DNA of 64,000 nucleotides from Candidatus Methanoperedenaceae archaeon (GCA_963753595.1 CAVWCX010000002.1:1-64000), one strand, 5' to 3'. Counted from the stretch's first letter, positions 19,739 to 31,511 are shown. Translations and numbers: made by a program. Notes: a model not told the origin generated them from the sequence alone.

Positions 19739-19808
19739 ACTTTGCGTTCTTGGTGCACTTTGCGGTGTTTGATTTTATTCACCGCAGAGGACGCGAAGGG
19801 CGCAAAGT
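19739..19808. repeat. Palindromic element (CTTTGCG/CGCAAAG type) between convergent nadE and tiaS
   Basis: ACTTTGCGTTCTTGGTGCACTTTGCGGTG ... CACCGCAGAGGACGCGAAGGGCGCAAAGT. Confidence 0.8.
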
Positions 19809-19842
19809 GTCGTAAAATATGTCATATGTGTTCTTTTTCGAT

Positions 19843-21102
19843 CTAAACCAATTGAAATCTTACAAGCGGCTTTGACAGGTGCCGCCTTGCGCATGGCGGG
19901 ACTTCATAAAATCCTTCCGAAATATTTCTCTGTAATGTCTCTGTTACCTGTTCTTTTCTAATTGCGCCGCACTTCTCGCATCTATAACCCTGTTTTTTTC
20001 CCATTGATTTCATTCGTTTATCACAACACAGCGGATTTCGCAAATCCTGCATATTCAGTCGATCGATCTTGATCTTTTCAAGGTTCACAGTCTTATCTTT
20101 AACACTTCCGAAAACAGTAACTTCATCCCCTGCCCTTAGTTCCCTGATAATGCGCCTGAAACCTTTCGTCGGCTCAAAGGCTGCGCACTCAATGGATGTG
20201 CCGTTCTCTGAAATTTCAACGATGATGTGCCCTCCGGTTATCGTTTTAGGGGGTTTGCTGACAATGCCTTCAAGAATGTATGAACGATCCTCCTTAACAT
20301 CCTGTATTTTTGCCTTGATAAGATGCATATCAGTATTCTGGTTCGTTTTATAAACAACCTGCTGTTCCACAGGTTCGCTTTTGATCATAGAAAATGCACG
20401 TCTTACGGCTTCTTCGCTTTTTCCGCGAATCCCGAAAAGAATGGGGTCAGGAGAGTGCGGCGCAAACACTATCCGCTCATTCTCAATATCGACAGTATCC
20501 CATGTATCAGGATGTGTTGCAGCATCCGTTGCAAATACCGAACCGGAGTCAATTTCACGCAATGAGCCCCAGCTTTTTGGTTCCCGGTATGCAATAAGCT
20601 CATATGTATAGTCAGGAAGGCCGCACAATGCAAAACCTGCCGCTGCGAGTGCTCCTATTAACCCTCTTTCATTCTTAAACCCCCTGTGGGCAATATCATG
20701 GCGACTTAATATCTCCTTTGCTTCACGGATTTCCAATACATCCCGGACAGCCCGCATGGAAAATCCGGAAAGGTCATTTTTCATACCCTGTGTTGAATTC
20801 TCAATAAAAACGATTCCAGGATTAGTGTTCTCTTCGGAAAAAACCGCCATTCTTTCAACTGTATCGATGACCAGCTCCATGACTTTTTCTGCAACATTCC
20901 GGTCATTAAATTCAATATCTATGGCCAATGCTGCATTGCCCCGTGTTTTATATTTAATATTAGGATTAAGACGGATCAGGAGCGGGTAATCTTTCAGTCT
21001 GCCGTATGCGATTAGTTTCCCGATCAGCACTGCCATAAGATAGGTCGTGCACATGCCATCTCTTGAATCAGTGTCATCGAGTCCAATAATCATAAGCCTC
21101 AC
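19843..21102 (-). CDS. tiaS: tRNA(Ile2) agmatinylcytidine synthetase
   Basis: IGLDDTDS..GMCTTY, LIRLNPNIKYKTRGN, AAFEPTK, C-terminal Zn ribbon and RRHLSKP. Confidence 0.95.
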   Translation of the reverse strand: MRLMIIGLDDTDSRDGMCTTYLMAVLIGKLIAYGRLKDYPLLIRLNPNIKYKTRGNAALAIDIEFNDRNVAEKVMELVIDTVERMAVFSEENTNPGIVFIENSTQGMKNDLSGFSMRAVRDVLEIREAKEILSRHDIAHRGFKNERGLIGALAAAGFALCGLPDYTYELIAYREPKSWGSLREIDSGSVFATDAATHPDTWDTVDIENERIVFAPHSPDPILFGIRGKSEEAVRRAFSMIKSEPVEQQVVYKTNQNTDMHLIKAKIQDVKEDRSYILEGIVSKPPKTITGGHIIVEISENGTSIECAAFEPTKGFRRIIRELRAGDEVTVFGSVKDKTVNLEKIKIDRLNMQDLRNPLCCDKRMKSMGKKQGYRCEKCGAIRKEQVTETLQRNISEGFYEVPPCARRHLSKPLVRFQLV

Positions 21103-21167
21103 ACATACATACCTGTATAAAAATTATTGGCAACCTTTTATATAGACGAAGAAACAATCAAAAAATA

Positions 21168-22133
21168 ATGAATAAAGAGTCGCTCATAAATCGGGCATTC
21201 GTCATTTTGACACGTGCGGGTTTTATCATTTCAGAACGCTGTGACATTCGTCCCAGGAGTTTTGATATAGCAGTAAGGAGAGATAATTTACTGTTATTGA
21301 TAAAAGTAATTTCAAATATTGATGGCCTGAACGAAGAAACTACGAGGGAAATGCAGATACTTTCAAAACAACTGCATGGATACCCGATAGTAATTGGCGA
21401 AAAAACCCGTGACCATTCATTGGAAACAGGTGTAGTCTACTTCAGGTATGGTGTTCCCGCATTTGATATAAGGACAATGCAGGATTATTTTATAGACGAT
21501 CTGCCGCCTTTGATATATGCTGAACATGGCGGTCTGTATGTAAATATTGAGGGAAATATCCTTAAAGAGGAACGAATCAAGAAAAATATCTCCCTTGGCG
21601 CTCTTGCCTCCATGCTTGGCGTTTCGCGAAGAACCATAAGCAAGTATGAAGATGGGGAAATGGCAGCAAGTGTTGATGTTGCTGTCAAGCTTGAAGAAGT
21701 AATGGACCGGGGATTTACGGTTTCAGTCAATCTATTTGAAAAACTTCATCGTGAGGATACACAAAAACAGGAGAAGACACAGGAACATTCAAATGTATTC
21801 TCCATTCTGCAGGATATGGGTTTTAATGTCATGCCTATATCACAGGCGCCGTTTGATGCAGTATCACAGTCTTCAAACCGCAGGGATGAAGACGCGACGA
21901 TATTGACAGGTGTGGCGGAATATTCACGGACAATGGTGAAGAAAGCGCATCTGATGAGCAGTATCTCAGAAGTCGCAGGGACCCAGTCGCTATTGATTAT
22001 CCCTGGAGCAAGTAAAACAAAGAATATTGAAGGAACTGTTATTATTGATGATAAAGAGCTTGAAAAATTCAATGATAAAGACGATTTTATAGAGCTTTTG
22101 CAGGAAAGAAGACGAAAGATCAAGGTTTCCTGA
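21168..22133 (+). CDS. Conserved archaeal HTH transcriptional regulator (MJ1164-like)
   Basis: PRSFDIAVRR N-terminal domain; central XRE HTH SLGALASMLGVSRRTISKYE. Confidence 0.85.
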   Translation: MNKESLINRAFVILTRAGFIISERCDIRPRSFDIAVRRDNLLLLIKVISNIDGLNEETTREMQILSKQLHGYPIVIGEKTRDHSLETGVVYFRYGVPAFDIRTMQDYFIDDLPPLIYAEHGGLYVNIEGNILKEERIKKNISLGALASMLGVSRRTISKYEDGEMAASVDVAVKLEEVMDRGFTVSVNLFEKLHREDTQKQEKTQEHSNVFSILQDMGFNVMPISQAPFDAVSQSSNRRDEDATILTGVAEYSRTMVKKAHLMSSISEVAGTQSLLIIPGASKTKNIEGTVIIDDKELEKFNDKDDFIELLQERRRKIKVS

Positions 22134-22278
22134 ACATATTGTTGAAATCGGGTACTGTATTGATAATTTTTTCATCTGGTTTTCATAAAAAATAAAGAAA
22201 ATCGATGCTATCTTACACGCAAATTATTTATAGAACCACAAACACTTAGAAACATCTTCATGTTGGAGGTAATTCATT

Positions 22279-23922
22279 ATGGCAGGACAGTTAAACGGAC
22301 AGCCTATTATCATATTAGACAGAGACAGCACAAGAACACAGGGAAAAGATGCCCTGGGATTTAATATCTCAGCAGCAAAAGCGGTAGCAGATGCAGTAAG
22401 AACAACACTTGGCCCGAAAGGCATGGATAAAATGCTTGTTGATGCGGTAGGGGATATCGTCATCACCAATGACGGCGCCACAATATTGCGAAAAATGGAT
22501 ATCAAACATCCGGCAGCAAAAATGATGGTTGAAGTTGCCCGCACACAGGAGGATAAGGCAGGCGATGGAACAACAAGCGTAGTCGTTCTTGCTGGCGAGT
22601 TATTGAACAAAGCCCAAAAACTTGTTGAACAGGGTGTCCATCCCACAACGATCACAAGAGGTTACAGTCTTGCGTCAATAAAGGCTCTTGAGATCCTTGA
22701 TGAGATAGCTATTGATGCTTCTGATGATGTGCTTGAAAACATCGCAAAAACAGCTCTTACTGGAAAAAGCGCGGATCTTGCTCTTGATTCACTTGTCAGG
22801 TTGTGCGTTGAGACCGCCAAATCAATTAAAGAAGGCGGAAAAGTTAACATAAAGGAAAATATCAATATTATACACCAGCGCGGCGGCAGCATAAAAGATA
22901 CAAAATTCGTCCATGGGCTTGTTATTGACAAGGCAAGAGCCCATAAGAATATGCCAAGGCGTGTTGATAATGCAATGATAGCGGTACTTGACACTGGAAT
23001 AGAAGTAGAGAAGACACAGGTGAAATCAACGCTTAAGATCACTTCTCCTGAACTTATTTCCGAAGCAAGGCTTGAAGAGAGTAAGCTTATCGAGGAGAGA
23101 ATAGAAGCGCTTGCAAAAAGCGGTGCAAACGTCGTATTTACTGAAAAAGGCATAGATGATATCGGTATGCATTACCTTGCAAAGAAAGGTATTTTTGCAG
23201 TGAGAAGATGCAATACTGAAGAGCTCAAAAAAATCGTGAAAGCCACAGGAGCCCGAGTAGTCTCAAAAGTGGATGGCGTTGAAGCTTCTGACCTTGGGAA
23301 AGCAGCTATTGTAGAAGAGCGCGGCGTGGGTAATTATAAGATGGTCTATGTAGAGGGTTGCGATAATCCAAAAGCGGTATCTATTTTGATTTACAGCGGC
23401 GCAGAACATGTTGCTGATGAGATCGAGCGGGCCCTTGATGATGCCCTGCGCGTTGTAGGTGTTGTCATAGAAGACGGCAAGATTGTAGCAGGTGGCGGCT
23501 CACCGGAAATAGAGATCGCTACAAAACTTCGTAAATATGCAACAACTTTTGGGGGCAGGGAGCAATTAGCGATAATGTCATACGCGGATGCACTTGAGGA
23601 AATACCCAAGGCCATAGCAGAAAATGCAGGTCTTGATGCAATTGATATTATAGTTGAACTCAGGAATAAGCATGATAAAGGCGTAAACAACGTCGGATTG
23701 AATGTCTTTTCAGGAAAAGCAGAGGATATGCTTAAACTCGGTGTAATTGAGCCTCTTCGTGTTAAGACCCAGGAGATCAAATCGGCAACTGATGCGGCAG
23801 TGATGATATTGAGGATCAACGATGTCCTGATGGCAAAAGAAACCGGCATGATGGATGTCAACCCCGAACACACGGCAAATTATTACGATGGTATCCAGGC
23901 CCCTGATGTGGGAGAAGACTAA
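22279..23922 (+). CDS. ths: Thermosome (group II chaperonin) subunit
   Basis: [35 protein letters not shown]. Confidence 0.95.
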   Translation: MAGQLNGQPIIILDRDSTRTQGKDALGFNISAAKAVADAVRTTLGPKGMDKMLVDAVGDIVITNDGATILRKMDIKHPAAKMMVEVARTQEDKAGDGTTSVVVLAGELLNKAQKLVEQGVHPTTITRGYSLASIKALEILDEIAIDASDDVLENIAKTALTGKSADLALDSLVRLCVETAKSIKEGGKVNIKENINIIHQRGGSIKDTKFVHGLVIDKARAHKNMPRRVDNAMIAVLDTGIEVEKTQVKSTLKITSPELISEARLEESKLIEERIEALAKSGANVVFTEKGIDDIGMHYLAKKGIFAVRRCNTEELKKIVKATGARVVSKVDGVEASDLGKAAIVEERGVGNYKMVYVEGCDNPKAVSILIYSGAEHVADEIERALDDALRVVGVVIEDGKIVAGGGSPEIEIATKLRKYATTFGGREQLAIMSYADALEEIPKAIAENAGLDAIDIIVELRNKHDKGVNNVGLNVFSGKAEDMLKLGVIEPLRVKTQEIKSATDAAVMILRINDVLMAKETGMMDVNPEHTANYYDGIQAPDVGED

Positions 23923-24033
23923 CATTAAATAGGATGAATTCCAAAATAATATAATACCATCAGGGAAAGTGGTGTTGTGTTGCATGAATTTAATATTTAA
24001 TTTTTTCGCAATTCTTAAGGGAGTCGTTTATAA

Positions 24034-24621
24034 TTGAAAACAAGTAAAAACAAAAATAAAGAGGATGCCGGGGAAACAGGAATAGAGCTCCCTGAAACTG
24101 AAGAGGAGATAACAGAAACAATAGAAGAAAAACTCCGGAAAGAATTAGATGTCGCAAAAAAACAAATAGAAGAAGAAAAAGACAGGTATCTTCGCCTGAA
24201 TGCGGAATTTGACAATCATTGCAAGAGAACCTTAAAAACGCACGAGGAATTCACAAAATATGCAAATGAAAAGCTCATACAGGAATTCATCGATGTATAT
24301 GAGAGTCTTGAGCGGGGAATTGAAAATGCTAAGAAGGCGGATAATAAGGATAAATTAATAGAGGGCATGGAACTCGTATATAAACAATTCAAATCCGTGC
24401 TTGATAAAAATGGCCTTATCCCTATTAAAGCGATGGGTGAGAAATTCGATCACTACAGGCATGAAGCAATGATGCAGACGCTTACAGATGATCAGGAAGA
24501 GGATACAATACTCGAAGAATTTGCAAAAGGTTATATGTTAAATGGTAAAGTCATTCGTTATTCTAAAGTAAGAGTGTCGAAAAAGAAGGGATCAGAAAAA
24601 GAATCTGATAATGAAACATAA
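24034..24621 (+). CDS. grpE: Nucleotide exchange factor GrpE
   Basis: YLRLNAEFDN, FDHYRHEAM, KGYMLNGKVIRYSKVRV. Confidence 0.93.
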   Translation: MKTSKNKNKEDAGETGIELPETEEEITETIEEKLRKELDVAKKQIEEEKDRYLRLNAEFDNHCKRTLKTHEEFTKYANEKLIQEFIDVYESLERGIENAKKADNKDKLIEGMELVYKQFKSVLDKNGLIPIKAMGEKFDHYRHEAMMQTLTDDQEEDTILEEFAKGYMLNGKVIRYSKVRVSKKKGSEKESDNET

Positions 24622-24635
24622 AATGAGGTGAAATA

Positions 24636-26495
24636 ATGGCAAAAATAATTGGAATCGATTTAGGTACAAGCAATTCAGCAGCTGCAGTCATGCAGGGGAA
24701 TAGACCGGTAATAATACCAAGCGCAGAGGGCGTATCCCTTGGAGGAAAAGCATTTCCATCATATGTGGCATTCACAAAAGATGGCCAGAGATTGACCGGG
24801 GAGGCGGCAAGAAGACAGTCAGTAACAAATACCGAGGGCACAGCTTACGCATTCAAGAGAAAAATGGGTAGTGATTATAAGTATAATCTTCGCGGCAAGG
24901 ATTACAGGCCGCAGGAGCTTTCAGCTTTCCTGCTCCAGAAAATCAAACAGGATGCAGAGGCATTTCTTGGCGATAAGGTAGATAAAGCTGTAATCACAGT
25001 TCCTGCTTATTTTAATGATAACCAGAGGCAGGCAACCAAGGATGCTGGAGAGATAGCAGGACTTGAGGTCGTAAGGATAATCAACGAACCCACAGCAGCT
25101 TCCCTTGCGTACGGTCTTGATAAAATAGGCGACCAGAAGATCATGGTGTTTGACCTTGGAGGAGGCACTCTCGATGTAACCATTATGGAACTGGGCGGCG
25201 GCGTATTTGAAGTTAAATCAACGGCGGGAGATACACAGCTTGGCGGAACAGATATGGATAACCTGCTTGTGGATTACATTGCCGAAGAATTCAAAAAAGA
25301 ACACGGCATTGACCTTCGAAAGGACAGGGTTGCCAACCAGAGGTTAAGGGATGCTGCCGAAAAGGCAAAGATCGAGCTTTCGACATCACTTACCACAGAA
25401 ATAAACCAGCCATTCATAACAGCAGATGCCAACGGCCCCAAGCATCTGACAATGACAATGACGCGGTCAAAACTTGAGGAAGTTATACGCCCTGTCATAG
25501 ACAGGTGCCGCAAGCCGATGGAGCAGGCATTATCAGATGCAAAACTTACAAAGGATGAAGTAAAGAGGGTCATACTTGTCGGGGGACCTACAAGGATGCC
25601 CATAATCCAGAAATTCGTAGAAGACTATGTTGGCAAGAAAGTGGAAGGGGGCGTTGACCCCATGGAATGCGTTGCAATGGGCGCAGCTATCCAGGCCGGT
25701 GTGCTTTCAGGCGAGGTAAAGGACATACTTCTTCTTGACGTTACACCGCTAACACTTGGTATTGAAACCCTGGGTCATGTTATGACAAAACTCATTGACA
25801 GGAACACCACGATCCCAACGCGAAAGAGCCAGGTATTTTCAACAGCGGCGGACAGCCAGACTACTGTTGAGATCCATGTACTGCAGGGTGAAAGGGCTAT
25901 GTCATACGATAACGTGACCCTTGGCAGGTTCAATCTCGTCGGCATTCCGGCAGCTCCGCGCGGCATTCCGCAGATAGAGGTTACTTTTGATATTGATGCC
26001 AACGGCATCCTTCATGTAACAGCCAAAGACCACGGAACAGGCAAAGAGCAGAAGATGACAATAACAGCGCCTCTTAAGATGTCTTCGGATGATATCGACC
26101 GCAAGATCAAAGACGCTGAGAAATATGCTGAGGAAGACAAACAGCGAAAAGAAAAGGTTGAGTTGCTTAACCAGGCTGATACGCTAGTTTACACTACCGA
26201 GAAGACCCTAAAGGAACTCGGGGATAAAGTCAGCGGCGACCAGAAACAGAAAGTCGATAAAGCTATTGAGAATACGAAGGAAGCGATCAAGAGCGATGAT
26301 GTGAACCGGATAAAATCAGCAGTCGAAGACCTTACAAAAGAGATGCATGCGATCAGTACTATATTGTACCAGCAGCAGGCAGAGAAGCAACAGGGGCAGC
26401 CGCAGGGTGAGCAGCAGGCAGGCCAGCAGGAAGAAAAGAAAGATGAGACCGTCACGGATGCTGAATATAAGGTAGTGGATGAGGATAAGAAGTAG
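24636..26495 (+). CDS. dnaK: Chaperone DnaK (Hsp70)
   Basis: [33 protein letters not shown]. Confidence 0.98.
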   Translation: MAKIIGIDLGTSNSAAAVMQGNRPVIIPSAEGVSLGGKAFPSYVAFTKDGQRLTGEAARRQSVTNTEGTAYAFKRKMGSDYKYNLRGKDYRPQELSAFLLQKIKQDAEAFLGDKVDKAVITVPAYFNDNQRQATKDAGEIAGLEVVRIINEPTAASLAYGLDKIGDQKIMVFDLGGGTLDVTIMELGGGVFEVKSTAGDTQLGGTDMDNLLVDYIAEEFKKEHGIDLRKDRVANQRLRDAAEKAKIELSTSLTTEINQPFITADANGPKHLTMTMTRSKLEEVIRPVIDRCRKPMEQALSDAKLTKDEVKRVILVGGPTRMPIIQKFVEDYVGKKVEGGVDPMECVAMGAAIQAGVLSGEVKDILLLDVTPLTLGIETLGHVMTKLIDRNTTIPTRKSQVFSTAADSQTTVEIHVLQGERAMSYDNVTLGRFNLVGIPAAPRGIPQIEVTFDIDANGILHVTAKDHGTGKEQKMTITAPLKMSSDDIDRKIKDAEKYAEEDKQRKEKVELLNQADTLVYTTEKTLKELGDKVSGDQKQKVDKAIENTKEAIKSDDVNRIKSAVEDLTKEMHAISTILYQQQAEKQQGQPQGEQQAGQQEEKKDETVTDAEYKVVDEDKK

Positions 26496-26832
26496 AAATA
26501 TTCTGTAGAACACGAGGAGTTAAATCCTCCTTTTGTTTCTTAGTATCCGGTCATGAAGTCGGTTATTTTGGAATATAAACTGGGAGTTAACATAATTTGC
26601 TGAAACGTCCTATAAACTTTCGAAATTCCGACTTATTTTTTTGGTTGTTGTAAAAAATTATACACTGTTTTTCAATATTTGAGATTGTAATTTTTGAGAT
26701 TATTTTTAACTAAAATTCGTCGTCATCGACACGGATTGAAATCCGACTGCCTTGACATGTTTGCTCGCTAATCTGGCATTTCGGTGGATTTACCTGCGCC
26801 TCTATTCAAACACAGATACTATTCCTCTGTGC

Positions 26833-27561
26833 TCAAGGTGCCGGAGGAGCCTCATTTCCAGAAATAAGCTCGATGCCCCGCGGGCCAATTTCATAGGTAA
26901 GAAGCTGTATTGGTGTCTTTGTATTCCTCATCTTTACGATATCCATGACCCTTTCCCTTCGATCTGTGTATGGGTTTTCCCTTTTCATAAGCTGTATCGC
27001 GCCGTATGCTGAGAAAAGAGCTATGTCATTGAATTCCTTTGATGTAACACTGTCAAGGATAATCAGTGCCGTAATTCCCTTAATGGCCAGTTTGTGGACC
27101 AGAAGATCGAACCTGTCCCTGAACTCATATGATTTGAGGTTGGACGTATGGTTCCCAAGACTATCTATGATAAGTACTTTTGTGCCTTCCGGCAAATTTT
27201 CAATCAATTCCCCAAAATTGCCCTTTCGTGCCTCCATGCTTATGCTTAATGCGGACTCTATCTCTGCTACCCTGTTTCCTGTTATATCTATAAATTTCAA
27301 TATGCTCTTCTCCTCAAAACTTTCAAGAGCCCATCCGAAGGATTCTCCCTGGAGACGAAGATCGGTGGCATTCTCCTCAGTTGATAAATAGGCGGTCTTT
27401 ATCCCCTGCTCACAGCATGATTTTGCAAACTCTATCCCGAATATGGTCTTGCCCGTTCCAGGATCCCCTGTGACAAGAATTGTTTTTCCGGCCGGGAAGC
27501 CGCCGAGGATATTATCAAGTCCTGATATTCCCGTCTTAATTCGTTCCATCGTTTTATTCAT
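26833..27561 (-). CDS. Single-domain KaiC/RAD55-family ATPase
   Basis: [16 protein letters not shown] Walker A, STEE, IIDS, IVKMRNT. Confidence 0.88.
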   Translation of the reverse strand: MNKTMERIKTGISGLDNILGGFPAGKTILVTGDPGTGKTIFGIEFAKSCCEQGIKTAYLSTEENATDLRLQGESFGWALESFEEKSILKFIDITGNRVAEIESALSISMEARKGNFGELIENLPEGTKVLIIDSLGNHTSNLKSYEFRDRFDLLVHKLAIKGITALIILDSVTSKEFNDIALFSAYGAIQLMKRENPYTDRRERVMDIVKMRNTKTPIQLLTYEIGPRGIELISGNEAPPAP

Positions 27562-27590
27562 AATTATACCTCAATATTTTTATAATAATT

Positions 27591-28871
27591 TCAATCAGCT
27601 CCGGATTTTACATGAATTTCAAAAACACATATCTTTGAACCGCCTGCTATGCTGGAATTCTGGCTGGCGTTTCCTTTTAAGGATGTCCAAGTAAAGCTTC
27701 GGATCACGATTGTCCGGCAGATAAAGCAGAATATCGGATTACCTCTTGCCTCGCATCTCCAGGGGCAATTCAATAATTCAAGGGAACTATTGGCGTTATG
27801 GAATTTTTTTGTTACCTGTACACCAAAGCTGGAAAATAATCCTGCAAGCCATGACAGATAAATTTCAAGGATTTTATGAGTGTCCTCAATGCTGTTCCAC
27901 TCCACCTTTTGGTCATACCCCAGCCTTTTCATTTCCTCCTGAAACCTCGGTCTGATATTTGTCTCAAAACGCTCGGCAAAGTTTTTCACAAGATTATTCC
28001 TTACCTGGGAGGGAACACCCCTTGCAAAAACAGGCAGTGCACTTACAATAAACCCGTTCAGTTCAGCCCGGGCTTTTTCTTTTAATACATCCTCCGCCTT
28101 CTTGCGCTCGGTGATATCGCGCATGATCACACTATAAAATGTTTGATCCCCGGTATTCCATGTGGCAATTGAAATTTCCAGCGGAATGTTACTGTTATCT
28201 TTCCTTAACCCGTCTGTTTCAATCGTTTTTCCTATTATTCCGGACTTCTCTGAAAGAGCAGAATACACCATCTTTTTCTCATTATCATCCCGCCATGGTA
28301 TGATATGTTGCAGGGATTTGCCCAGGACTTCTTCTTCCAGATAGCCAAAAATTGTCGCAGCGCTTTTGTTCCAGGAGATAATGTCATTCCTGCCATCTGT
28401 CAAAATAATCGCATCATTGGCTGACTCTACAACGGAACGGAACCTCAGCTCGGATTCTTCAAGTGCTTTCCGGGCTTTTCTGTATTCGATCTTTTCTTTT
28501 GCTTCAGATAAAGCCCTATCCACTGCAGGAACAAGGCGGCACAGGCGATCCTTAAGGACATAATCTGTTGCACCGCTCTTTAGTGATTCGATCGCAAAAT
28601 CCTCGCCTATTGTCCCTGAAACAAAAATGAAGGGCACATCAGGATTTTTTTCTTTAACCATCCGCAATGCGGAAGAGCCATCGAATGCCGGAAGTGTATA
28701 ATCTGCCAGTATGAGGTCAGGCTCAAAATCGAAAAGCTTCTTCTGGAAATCGTCTCTTGTCTGTACACGTTGCGACTTAAAAACGATGTTTGCTTTTCTC
28801 AGTTCGTGTTTTATCAACTCGGCGTCTGCCTCATCATCTTCGAGTATCAGTATCCGAAGCTCATTTTTCAT
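27591..28871 (-). CDS. Response regulator: REC + PAS + methanogen output domain (MetOD1/V4R-like)
   Basis: ILEDD...LADY...SG...K receiver domain; PAS (FRSVVESANDAI, WNKSA); Cys-rich C-terminus NCPW...FCFIC...CVF. Confidence 0.8.
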   Translation of the reverse strand: MKNELRILILEDDEADAELIKHELRKANIVFKSQRVQTRDDFQKKLFDFEPDLILADYTLPAFDGSSALRMVKEKNPDVPFIFVSGTIGEDFAIESLKSGATDYVLKDRLCRLVPAVDRALSEAKEKIEYRKARKALEESELRFRSVVESANDAIILTDGRNDIISWNKSAATIFGYLEEEVLGKSLQHIIPWRDDNEKKMVYSALSEKSGIIGKTIETDGLRKDNSNIPLEISIATWNTGDQTFYSVIMRDITERKKAEDVLKEKARAELNGFIVSALPVFARGVPSQVRNNLVKNFAERFETNIRPRFQEEMKRLGYDQKVEWNSIEDTHKILEIYLSWLAGLFSSFGVQVTKKFHNANSSLELLNCPWRCEARGNPIFCFICRTIVIRSFTWTSLKGNASQNSSIAGGSKICVFEIHVKSGAD

Positions 28872-28892
28872 AGGTTATTTTCAATAGTATGA

Positions 28893-29333
28893 TTAAGGTT
28901 GTTTATTCAGTAACATCCAGTACATTCCCAGTTGTGCAACTGCCTGGACGAATTTATCAAATTCCACTGGCTTGACGATGTAGCTATTCACGCCAAATTG
29001 ATAACTCTCCACAAGATCCCGTTCCTCATGAGAAGATGTTAATACCACAATCGGTATTGTCCTTGTCTTCTCATCAGCCTTAACCTTACGCAGAATCTCA
29101 AGGCCATCCACTTTTGGAAGTTTCAGGTCGAGGAATATCACTTTTGGCTTTTTCATCATGTTGCGTCCTGCATAAGCCCCGGTGCAATAAATAAATTCAA
29201 GGGCTTCTGCTCCATCTTTCACATGATGTATCTTGTTTGCAAGATTATTTTTCTTAAGAGCTCTCAGTGCAAGCTCAGCATCATTCGGGTTATCCTCTAC
29301 TAAAAGGATTTCCACTTCATTTATATCTGTCAT
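28893..29333 (-). CDS. Single-domain response regulator (Rcp1-like)
   Basis: [32 protein letters not shown]. Confidence 0.92.
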   Translation of the reverse strand: MTDINEVEILLVEDNPNDAELALRALKKNNLANKIHHVKDGAEALEFIYCTGAYAGRNMMKKPKVIFLDLKLPKVDGLEILRKVKADEKTRTIPIVVLTSSHEERDLVESYQFGVNSYIVKPVEFDKFVQAVAQLGMYWMLLNKQP

Positions 29334-30774
29334 TTTTTCATTCCTCCTTCTGAAATATTAAAATAGAATGTTGCGCCTTCGTTGACTTTTCCCTCGGCCC
29401 ATACCTTTCCGCCATGCCTGTGGATAATGCGCTGGACTATGGCAAGGCCAACTCCGGTTCCTTCGAAATCCTCGGCGCTGTGCAGTCTCTGGAAGACCCC
29501 GAACAACTTATTTAAATACTGCATATCAAACCCAACACCGTTGTCTTTGACATAGTAGACATTTTCATTATTTTGGGCAATGCTGCCGATCTCAATAACA
29601 GCATTTTCTTTAAATCGTGTGAATTTAATGGCGTTTGCGATAAGATTAACAAACACCTGGTGAATCATTGCCTGGTCTCCAATTGCAGGTGGAAGTGTTT
29701 TAATTTCAAGCTGGATATTTCGTCCGTTTCCTCTTTAAGTTCATCGAATACAGTTATTGCAAGTTTTGCCATATCTATACTGGATACCTGCATCTCTTTT
29801 CGCCCCAGACGGGACAGGGCGAGAAGATCCTCGATAAGTTGTCCCATTTTCTGCGTGTTGTCCCTGACAATATTCAAATATCGTTTACCTTCATCATCGA
29901 GTTTATCTGCATATTCCTCTAACATAACACGTGAAAAACCGTCGATTGCACGCAGCGGCGCTCTCAGATCATGGGAAACTGAATAGCTGAACGCTTCAAG
30001 CTCTTTGTTGGCTGTTTCGAGTTGTGTTGTGCGCTTGATGAGTTCTTTTTCAGCACGCTTGCGTTCTGCCAGTTGTATCTTTGTTTCTTCATAGAGTCTC
30101 TCATTTTCCTTGCTGCGGTGGATAAGTTCCCCTGAAGCGTTGCGTACAAAGGCATATAAAGAACAGTAAAGGATAACAAATCCAATACCGATGCTGACCC
30201 ATACAAAGGTACGCATTTTGGCAATGCCTGGCTCAAGTACGTCCATATCCTGATATATTTCGTAAACTCCAGCCACCTGATTTGAATCCACAGGCAACAG
30301 GGGGACATACACTTCGAAAAGCCTTCCATACTCTTCTCTTTCACCTTTATTTTCTTCTTTCTCCGGAGAAACAGCACTTACGATTTTGCCGTCAAGAGCC
30401 TCCTCGAGTTCATCATTATCAGTGAAACGCCGCCCTATTTGTTCTTTCTCATCCGAGTAGAGAAGCAGACCGTCCCGGCTCCATATTTTTACCCGGACAA
30501 CATTTCTATTGAGTACATTCTCCCGAATAAGTGAATCAATCTGTTCATATCTGGCAGGGTCAAGAGTCCCATTTAAATCCGCCTGGTGAAGCTTCTGGTT
30601 AAGAATAGTTGAAACCTGGTCAGCAGTGTTCTCGGTGGCTTGCGAAAGAGCATTTTGTTCCATTTGCTGCTGGATGCCCCAACCAAGGGCAATGGCAATG
30701 GCAGCAGTGATGAGAAAGCTGATTATGGTAAATTTGGCCAAAAGACTAAGTTTCGGCAGGCTTATGGGTTTCAT
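29330..30774 (-). CDS. Membrane sensor histidine kinase, frameshifted near 29725
   Basis: Two TM segments and H-box [13 protein letters not shown] in 29665-30774; NAIKF, DNGVGF and GTGVGL boxes in 29330-29668; restoring one base gives a continuous [24 protein letters not shown]. Confidence 0.88.
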
Positions 30775-31019
30775 TTGCTTACCTCGCTGTCCGGGAAATC
30801 CTAATAGGCCCGGAAAAAATCGTCAAAAATATATTTATTCTTATGGCCATAACAATCTTTAGTCTAAGTGTCACTTGAATATAAATTAGAGTGTGAGAAG
30901 TGTGTGATGATTGACATCATTATCATAGTTTTAGCCTGCCAGTCATCCATGAATCGATATCTATTGGCCTGGGGAGCAAGTGCTTGAGTTGGATAGATAT
31001 TCATAACAGTCATAATAGT

Positions 31020-31226
31020 TCATCGTATGAGATTGAAAGACAGGATTCTGAGGAAATACGGAAAAAGATCCTTAATATTTCATATTCTGATTGGAAAAAA
31101 CTAGGTTTTTCGAAAGGTAGATTGCATTATATGAAGCAGAATGCTATGGATGATAAGCCGTTTACCCTGAATAAGCATGTGAGAGATCGTCTTGATGAAT
31201 GGGATAAATTGATTGCAGGAATATAG
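31020..31226 (+). pseudogene. C-terminal HTH remnant of a casposase-type solo Cas1
   Basis: YEIERQDSEEIRKKILNISYSDWKKLGFSKGRLHYMKQNA..DKPFTLNKHV resembles, from recall, the C-terminal domain of Methanosarcinales solo Cas1/casposases; the catalytic domain is absent. Confidence 0.7.
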
Positions 31227-31265
31227 GTTTAACCCAAGGATATCTGTCAAGACTCACACAAGAAC

Positions 31266-31329
31266 ACCAAATAAAACCGAAGGATTACAGAATAAAGCTG
31301 AAGGAATACCGAAGGAACATCGAATAAAT
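31266..31329 (+). repeat. Six degenerate 10-11-bp tandem units (ACCGAAGGAAT / ACCGAATAAA)
   Basis: ACCAAATAAA ACCGAAGGATT ACAGAATAAA GCTGAAGGAAT ACCGAAGGAAC ATCGAATAAAT. Confidence 0.65.
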
Positions 31330-31511
31330 ACACAATTCATGTTGGTAATTGGCCTAATGTGCAATATATTACCTTAAATGTGATTATAGATTGTTATGTT
31401 TACATTCAAACTTTATCCAGTTCTTTTATTTCGATGCTCATCATATAGAACCGTTCACTTCAAATAGTATGCAGTTGAAAATTAATAAATAATTGGCTAA
31501 TACATCTTATA

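Noticed and set aside
26511-26760. Short inverted repeats downstream of dnaK as a MITE or dnaJ remnant
   Set aside because: Arms are short (about 6-7 bp), with no target duplication, no second copy in the window and no J-domain-like translation seen; compatible with terminators.
30800-30822. CCTAATAGGCCCGGAAAAAATC as the missing second casposon TIR
   Set aside because: Only a partial match to GGGTAATAGGTATCTCGGAAAAAC, with no terminal GGG and no adjacent copy of the 14-bp target sequence.
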